A stretch of 64,000 nt of DNA. Origin: a virus. The notes under the pieces are model-generated. The model was not told the origin of the DNA, did no database searches, and was given only the letters and a program-made list of their open reading frames with translations. How positions within the stretch are numbered: position 1 is the stretch's first letter; the number at the start of each line of letters is the position of its first letter. The position numbers and the translations under genes were made by a program. Below are positions 58,255-64,000 of this stretch, in pieces. The stretch covers positions 13,566 through 77,565 of the IMG/VR virus record IMGVR_UViG_3300009506_000016; one strand, written 5' to 3'.

Positions 58255-58630
58255 GCTGGCGCTGGCTATAGTTTAGCTGGCTGGCTGGCATAATTTTAGA
58301 ATGAACAAACTCCCCTAAAATTTTAGGGGAGTTTGTTCTGGCTGGCTGGCGCTGGCGCTGGCTATTATTCCGCTGGCGCTGGCAATGGATTCACTGTCAT
58401 CATTTCATGATTGTTTGGCTGGCTGGCTGGCACCGGGGTATTGTCGACTGCATCCTTAATATCCGCTGGCGCTGGCTGGCTGGAATCTGCTGGCGTGGAG
58501 TGTTGTGCGATATCCGTTTTATCCGCTGGAGTTTCACTGGCTGGCGCTGGCTGGCTGGCTGGCGCTGGCGCTGGCGCTGGCATATATTTTGCAATGAAGT
58601 CATCCGTGATTCGTTGGCTGGCTGGCTGGC
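58255..58630 (+). repeat. Strand-biased GCTG(G)/GCTGGC microrepeats
   Basis: About 30 GCTGG copies by eye count, in both intergenic and coding sequence. Confidence 0.85.
58303..58338. repeat. Perfect 36-bp palindrome
   Basis: GAACAAACTCCCCTAAAA|TTTTAGGGGAGTTTGTTC. Confidence 0.85.
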
Positions 58631-59330
58631 ATTTCAGTGTACCGGTCATATATGCGATTGCATGTTTCGTGATGAACTCCGTATCACTGGCATTCTGAGC
58701 GAGTTTCATTATTTCATCTAGTGCGGATTTTTCGTTTGTTTTTTCACTGGCATAATTACCGAGTTTCCATCCGCCTATAATGGGGGTGAATTCTGTATCG
58801 CATTCAATACCAGATAACAAATATCCAGGCATATCATTGGCAAATATTGCCAATTTTTTCGAGTATAGTTTGATTGTCGATAGTGACAATTCACTGATTT
58901 TGTTATTGCAAACGTCAATCGAGACCGTCATTATTTCAGGCTCACGTGCTAAAATCAGTGTCACTATTCCAGATTCCAGGTTTAGGACAAACTCAAACTT
59001 TTTTGAATTCCGGTTTGGTTTGTTTTGGCGGTTTGCTGGCTGGCTGGCATTCTGTGTTTTCGTGCTACCGGATAATGCGCCTGTTACCTGAACGCGGAGA
59101 GTTCCATTCCAATTACCCTTACCGTTTCGCGCATCCTGGTTAAAAACGATAGATTTTGCGGAATTCTGATATCCGGTTTTTACGCCATTATTCAAATATT
59201 CCACGATATCTGACTCGGTGAGTTTGTGTTTCGCTACAAACTCAACCAGAATCTTATAAGCATCATTTCCGCGTTTGTCGCCAAACTCAGCAACATCAAA
59301 TTGTACTGTTCTTACTTGATCTGTAGCCAT
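58365..59330 (-). CDS. Hypothetical protein, paralog of 53879-54787, with PASQ/PAPA tail
   Basis: AGGAG RBS; shared motifs. Confidence 0.75.
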   Translation of the reverse strand: MATDQVRTVQFDVAEFGDKRGNDAYKILVEFVAKHKLTESDIVEYLNNGVKTGYQNSAKSIVFNQDARNGKGNWNGTLRVQVTGALSGSTKTQNASQPANRQNKPNRNSKKFEFVLNLESGIVTLILAREPEIMTVSIDVCNNKISELSLSTIKLYSKKLAIFANDMPGYLLSGIECDTEFTPIIGGWKLGNYASEKTNEKSALDEIMKLAQNASDTEFITKHAIAYMTGTLKCQPASQRITDDFIAKYMPAPAPAPASQPAPASETPADKTDIAQHSTPADSSQPAPADIKDAVDNTPVPASQPNNHEMMTVNPLPAPAE

Positions 59331-59340
59331 TTTGAGTCTC

Positions 59341-59481
59341 CTATAAACTCATGAAAAAGTGAACTAAATTGAACTCGATTCCGCGAATCGAGTTGAGTAT
59401 CGTTATTCCTGTAGCATCCAAACTCGCGATGCAAACAAGAATGATCAAAATTGCCAAACACGCTAGTAAAAATTTTCCCAT
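59341..59481 (-). CDS. Small TM peptide, 46 aa
   Basis: AAGGAG RBS; MGKFLLACLAILIILVC. Confidence 0.5.
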   Translation of the reverse strand: MGKFLLACLAILIILVCIASLDATGITILNSIRGIEFNLVHFFMSL

Positions 59482-60188
59482 CTCAAACTCCTTAAGTTAT
59501 AAAAATATGCGGTTTTTCGGACGTTCCCAGAATAACACAAAATAGAAGAGAGGATGAAAATTGCCAAAAAAATCACCCAAATGTCACTGTTCATCATCAC
59601 CCTCATACAAATTACACATGACTTTTGTCACTAGAAAAATCTATTACATTTGATATGTATAATGTGACATCGTATAATGTTTGTATAATGTTGTTCTTAT
59701 ATATAACGTTATACATATATAAGATTAGTATACAATTTCGTATATATTTAAAAAACGTCACAGAAACGATTCTTAGCGATTTTATACGATTATAGGATAT
59801 CCAATATCTATATGGCTATAAAATCGTTATAAATGGCCTTATAGCGCACTACAATGCCAGTTTATAGTGCGTTATAGTTGAATATAAATGATTATATATG
59901 TATATGAATATGATATTGATTACCTTATATGATTGTGTGATGGCGGCAGCAGAAAAATCATGACACGTCAGCAGAAAAATCCCTACAATTTCTATCATAA
60001 TTATAATCATTGACTATTGCGATAATTGTTATCAATAATATAATTAATTGGGTAAAAAAGGTAAAATTTATCTAAATTGTTGGGATTCGGTAAGGTTATT
60101 CCCTCACAAACGCGCCTCTATTTTTCAAAAAAGTTAGGGTGAAGGTGTAAAGTGAGAGTAGATGATAGAGGAATACCCCCCAGGGGTA

Positions 60189-60217
60189 TTGACAAATCGG
60201 ATAAAACTCGGTATAAT
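60189..60217 (+). promoter_or_regulatory. Consensus promoter upstream of packaging genes
   Basis: TTGACA-17-TATAAT. Confidence 0.8.
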
Positions 60218-60414
60218 AGGGTGGGCGGCGGGGGATCTTATATGTAAGGATTGACATATTATAGTAAGAAAAAACTATGTCAAACTCAGCCAAACTCTAT
60301 CCAAACTACAGTGAAAAACAGACAAAGTGTGCTAGAATATACACAAAGTAGATACACACAGGAGCTTAGTTCATTATTGTGTGTCTTTCGACTATACGAA
60401 CAGGAAGATTAGGT

Positions 60415-60951
60415 ATGCCAGTAAAATATACGGCGAAGCAAATTGAGGTGACAGATCGAAAAGCTAAGGCGATTGAACTTAGGGCAGTTGGGTTGAATTT
60501 CCGCGAGATCTTGGAGGAAATGATAGCTTACTTTGGGGCCGATAAGTTGCCAGCGTCTTATGATGAGCGTTATGTGTGGCGCGATGTCAAGGACTCGCTC
60601 GAAAAGAGAAAGGCGCTGATGTTGGAAACGGCTCAGGATATGACTTTGATAGAACTTGACCGGCTTGATAAATTACAAACTGCCATCATGCCTGGTGCGC
60701 TTAGAGGGGATCTAAAGGCTGTGGACCGGGTATTGAAGATCATGGCGCAAAGGGCGCAGTTGATGGGCCTCAATCAGCCAGCGCGGTCAAAGGTGGAAGT
60801 GAGCGATTGGAGAACTCAGGTGCTTGATCTTATTAAGAATGGGACCATATCGGTGTCCCAAGCGGAGGATGAACTTGGAAAAGATGTCGTTGCAGGATTA
60901 CTTAACGCCGGAAGCGAAGATGTCATTGAAGGCAAGTTTACTGCTGGATAA
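60415..60951 (+). CDS. terS: Terminase small subunit (putative)
   Basis: R..KAIELR..G.NFREI HTH; ELDRLD.L...GD.KAVDRVLKI..RA.L.GL; precedes TerL. Confidence 0.75.
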   Translation: MPVKYTAKQIEVTDRKAKAIELRAVGLNFREILEEMIAYFGADKLPASYDERYVWRDVKDSLEKRKALMLETAQDMTLIELDRLDKLQTAIMPGALRGDLKAVDRVLKIMAQRAQLMGLNQPARSKVEVSDWRTQVLDLIKNGTISVSQAEDELGKDVVAGLLNAGSEDVIEGKFTAG

Positions 60952-62359
60952 ATTTGCTGATAAGACATCATTTATTTCGGAAGCAATACAAAAATGGCCT
61001 GACCGCCATCTTCATACGGAGGATCTACAGCCCATTCCATTTCATAAGGCTCAGAACCTGATATATGATAGCCTGTGGCGTATGCTGGTGATGAGCGCCG
61101 GGACACAGAGCGGAAAGACTAGCTTTGGTCCCTGGTGGCTGTTCAATGAGATATACGGGGAGCATGGACGTGGAAGCGGAGACTACATCGCCGTTACCAG
61201 TAGCTTTGACTTGTTCAAGTTGAAAATGCTACCATCCATGCTTTCGGTGTTTGTAGATATATTCGGAGTTGGACGCTATTGGGGCGGCGATAGAGTGATC
61301 GAACTGGCAGACCCTATATCCGGTAAATTCTTGGCGCAACGATCCACAGACCGAATGTGGGGGCGCATTATTCTAAGATCGGCAGATGCACTCGGCGGCC
61401 TTGAAAGCGCCACTGCCAGCGCCGGTTGGCTCGATGAATGCGGACAGGACCGCTTTACTTTTGATGCCTATAAAGCTATCCGCCGAAGGCTGGCGCTTAA
61501 GCAGGGCCGGATGCTGATGACCACAACACTGTATAACATCGGCTGGTTTACTCAACATATCATCGATCCAGCCGTAGCAGAAGGCATAACAGATTTTGAA
61601 CAGATGGGAGAAGCAGAACTTGAAGTTACAAATTCAGAGAAAAAGAATATCCTGGTTGTCCAGTTTGACTCTATCCTTAACCCCGCGTTCCCGATGGAGG
61701 AATACGATGAAGCCCGCCGCCTCTTGCCGGACGAAGAATTCCAAATGCTCTATCGCGGAAGAAAAGGAACACGCCGGTTCTTGATCTATGACTCATTTGA
61801 TCCAGAACGGCACACCATTAAGCCGTTTCCCATTCCCTCAAGCTGGCGAAGATATATTGGCCTTGACTTCGGTGGATCTCACATGTGCGCTATGCACTAC
61901 GCTGAGGAACCTGGAACAGGCGTTCTATATTGCTACCGGGAGTACCTATCCGGGAACAAGACCATCGAGCAGCATGTTAAGGATATTATGAAGTATGAGG
62001 AACATATTCCTACGGCCTACGGCGGCGCACGCTCTGAGGATCAGTGGCGTGCTGAATTCAGCGCACACGGACTCATGGTTGCCGCGCCAGCCACAGATGA
62101 CGTAAATATGGGCATTAATAGAGTGTATGCTTCGCATAGTAACAATGGCATAATATATTTCAATACGCTTAGTGGTATACTTGATGAGAAGGGTCGCTAT
62201 CGAAGGAAACGCGATAAACTCGGTAATTCTACCGATGATATCGAACAAAAGAACACTTTTCACAAGCTTGATGCGGAGCGGTATCTCATAGCAACCATAA
62301 GACCCGGTGGCGGAACGCGCATGAAGATCATTACTTTAGGAGACTATACGAATGGCTGA
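60884..62359 (+). CDS. terL: Terminase large subunit (start uncertain)
   Basis: Walker A AGTQSGKT, WLDECG, MTTT coupling motif, RNase H GLDFG, FH.LDA.RY. Confidence 0.9.
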   Translation: MSLQDYLTPEAKMSLKASLLLDKFADKTSFISEAIQKWPDRHLHTEDLQPIPFHKAQNLIYDSLWRMLVMSAGTQSGKTSFGPWWLFNEIYGEHGRGSGDYIAVTSSFDLFKLKMLPSMLSVFVDIFGVGRYWGGDRVIELADPISGKFLAQRSTDRMWGRIILRSADALGGLESATASAGWLDECGQDRFTFDAYKAIRRRLALKQGRMLMTTTLYNIGWFTQHIIDPAVAEGITDFEQMGEAELEVTNSEKKNILVVQFDSILNPAFPMEEYDEARRLLPDEEFQMLYRGRKGTRRFLIYDSFDPERHTIKPFPIPSSWRRYIGLDFGGSHMCAMHYAEEPGTGVLYCYREYLSGNKTIEQHVKDIMKYEEHIPTAYGGARSEDQWRAEFSAHGLMVAAPATDDVNMGINRVYASHSNNGIIYFNTLSGILDEKGRYRRKRDKLGNSTDDIEQKNTFHKLDAERYLIATIRPGGGTRMKIITLGDYTNG

Positions 62360-63998
62360 TATGATGGATCAAGCATTAGCCAACACAATCCAATCTCAGG
62401 TGAGCGAAAACCCCTATATGGGGAATCCCGTTTCTCTCCTGATGATGATGGCAAAGACAAACGATATCGTTTCTCCCTGGTGGAGTCGAAAGCGCGACAT
62501 GGATCTCAGAGCGTTCGTGAAGGGATCGGATCATGTGTCCGGCGCTGTTTACAATATGGCCGCAAAGATGACTGCCATTCCTGTGAAAATTGAGGCACGC
62601 GACAAATCGATCAAGTCTCATGTGGAACTCGCTGAACGGATGACCGATGTACTGATCAACGGATCTCAGTTTGGTGAGGGGTGGGCCGCGTTCTATAGCA
62701 GGATGGTTGAGGATCTATTTACTCAGGATAACGGCGCATTTGCCGAAGTAATTGGGCCAGGAGATCCAGCCGGGCCGCTCTCGGGACTTCCATATTCGGT
62801 TGCTCATTTAGATTCGAGCCGTTGTACTCGAACCGGTAACGCCGAATATCCGGTTATCTATGAAGATGTCAGCGGTAGGCTTTATAAGCTCCACTGGACC
62901 CGTGTTATTATGATGAGCCAAATGCCATCAACCGATGCAAGGATGAATGGCGTTGGTTACAGCGCAGTGAGTAGAGTTTTGAACGCCTCTCAGAATCTTG
63001 TGGATATCGCTGTCTATAAGCAGGAGAAACTTGGATCACGCCCACAACGGCAGATGATGATTACGGGTGGCGGATTAGATCCAGAGGATATTATCGCCGC
63101 TGTGCAACTCGCAGAGAATACAATGCGACAAAGAGGATTTCAGCGCTTTTCAAAGACGATTGTGGCAGGTAATCGCAACATCCCTGATCCTAAACTCGAA
63201 ACTGTGGATATGGCAAGCGTGCCAGATGGATTTGACGAGAAAGAATCCACCACGCTTGCGATGGCTGTGATTGCTGACGCGCGCGAGTTGTTCCCGGTTA
63301 TGGACTCTGGATCTACTAAGGCGGATGCTATTGTCCAGCACATGAAACAGCGCGGCAAGGGGCCGGGACAAACGATTGAGATTACCGAAAAGCAGTTCGA
63401 TAACAAATTCCTGCCCAACGACAAACTGTATATGACCTTTGATTATCAGGATGATGCTCAGGACCGCCAAGTTGCCGAAATTCAATCCATCCGCTCTCAA
63501 TCGCGCCAGCGCGATATTATCGATGGTGTGACTAATCAGCGCGTGGAACGGCAGAGAATGATGGAACAGGGCGAGCTTTCTCAGGCGCAGTTCAATGAAT
63601 TGGAGCTTGAGGATGGACGCCTTACAAATGGGCTGAATGTGACTATTTTGTTTGACTCGGATGATCCGGCCTTTGTTTCAATGCTCAGTGGGACAACCGA
63701 AGCTAATTTGGAACAGAAGAAATCTGATATCTCAAAGATCATATTGTCGTCCAGGGACGCAGAACTTATTCGCAAGGCGCGTCAGGCGCTTGCGGCAATC
63801 TATTGGAAACTCGAAAAACCAATGGAGGAAGAAGAAGAATTGATGCGCCAAACGGTGATGAATCAACCAACTGGTAGAGCTAATCAACCGAACGGAAAAC
63901 CGGACACTTCGTATAGTGAAGAACGCTTTGGGCGTAAACTTGGCGCTGATGAAGCAACGATACGCGGTGATCAGCAGAGCGATGCGAATGAGGAATAA
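62352..63998 (+). CDS. Portal protein
   Basis: Follows TerL; DLFTQDNGAFAE, HLDSSRC, G.GYSAVSR. Confidence 0.8.
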   Translation: MADMMDQALANTIQSQVSENPYMGNPVSLLMMMAKTNDIVSPWWSRKRDMDLRAFVKGSDHVSGAVYNMAAKMTAIPVKIEARDKSIKSHVELAERMTDVLINGSQFGEGWAAFYSRMVEDLFTQDNGAFAEVIGPGDPAGPLSGLPYSVAHLDSSRCTRTGNAEYPVIYEDVSGRLYKLHWTRVIMMSQMPSTDARMNGVGYSAVSRVLNASQNLVDIAVYKQEKLGSRPQRQMMITGGGLDPEDIIAAVQLAENTMRQRGFQRFSKTIVAGNRNIPDPKLETVDMASVPDGFDEKESTTLAMAVIADARELFPVMDSGSTKADAIVQHMKQRGKGPGQTIEITEKQFDNKFLPNDKLYMTFDYQDDAQDRQVAEIQSIRSQSRQRDIIDGVTNQRVERQRMMEQGELSQAQFNELELEDGRLTNGLNVTILFDSDDPAFVSMLSGTTEANLEQKKSDISKIILSSRDAELIRKARQALAAIYWKLEKPMEEEEELMRQTVMNQPTGRANQPNGKPDTSYSEERFGRKLGADEATIRGDQQSDANEE

Positions 63999-64000
63999 TA

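Noticed and set aside
1-64000. Alternative genetic code, DGR/retron, introns/inteins, integrase
   Set aside because: Long genes are intact under code 11 with all three stops used; no reverse transcriptase, intein or recombinase motifs were recognised.

Overview
This window is about 64 kb of a tailed dsDNA phage genome (siphovirus-like). The host is probably Chloroflexota (Anaerolineae-like), inferred from YxPxI/V sorting-type motifs and YPAP repeats in secreted proteins. The + strand carries a multi-domain glycosyltransferase, neck/tail genes, the tape measure, tail-tip and holin-like genes (1-16 kb), an isolated GH25 endolysin island (45.8-49 kb) and terminase/portal (60.4-64 kb). Capsid genes, a replicative DNA polymerase and an integrase are not seen. 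The - strand (16-59.6 kb) carries replication, nucleotide-metabolism and accessory genes: prim-pol, DinG-like and UvrD helicases, methyltransferase, MazG-like, HAD nucleotidase, radical SAM and vWA proteins. The standout system is RNA-centred. It comprises a Ro60/TROVE gene with a tRNA-like RNA in its leader, an ATP-dependent RNA ligase, two tRNAs, and a promoter-driven non-coding array (30.3-31.26 kb). The array has six RNAs sharing a covarying GGUACG...UACC scaffold but carrying different inserts, two of them circularly permuted tRNA mimics (YrlA-type). It is interleaved with anti-Shine-Dalgarno (CUCCUU) elements. Further undescribed structured-RNA candidates, repeated leader motifs, palindromes and strand-biased GCTGG repeats occur at 40.3-40.5 kb and 54.8-60.3 kb. 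All calls come from reading the sequence by eye; no searches were run.
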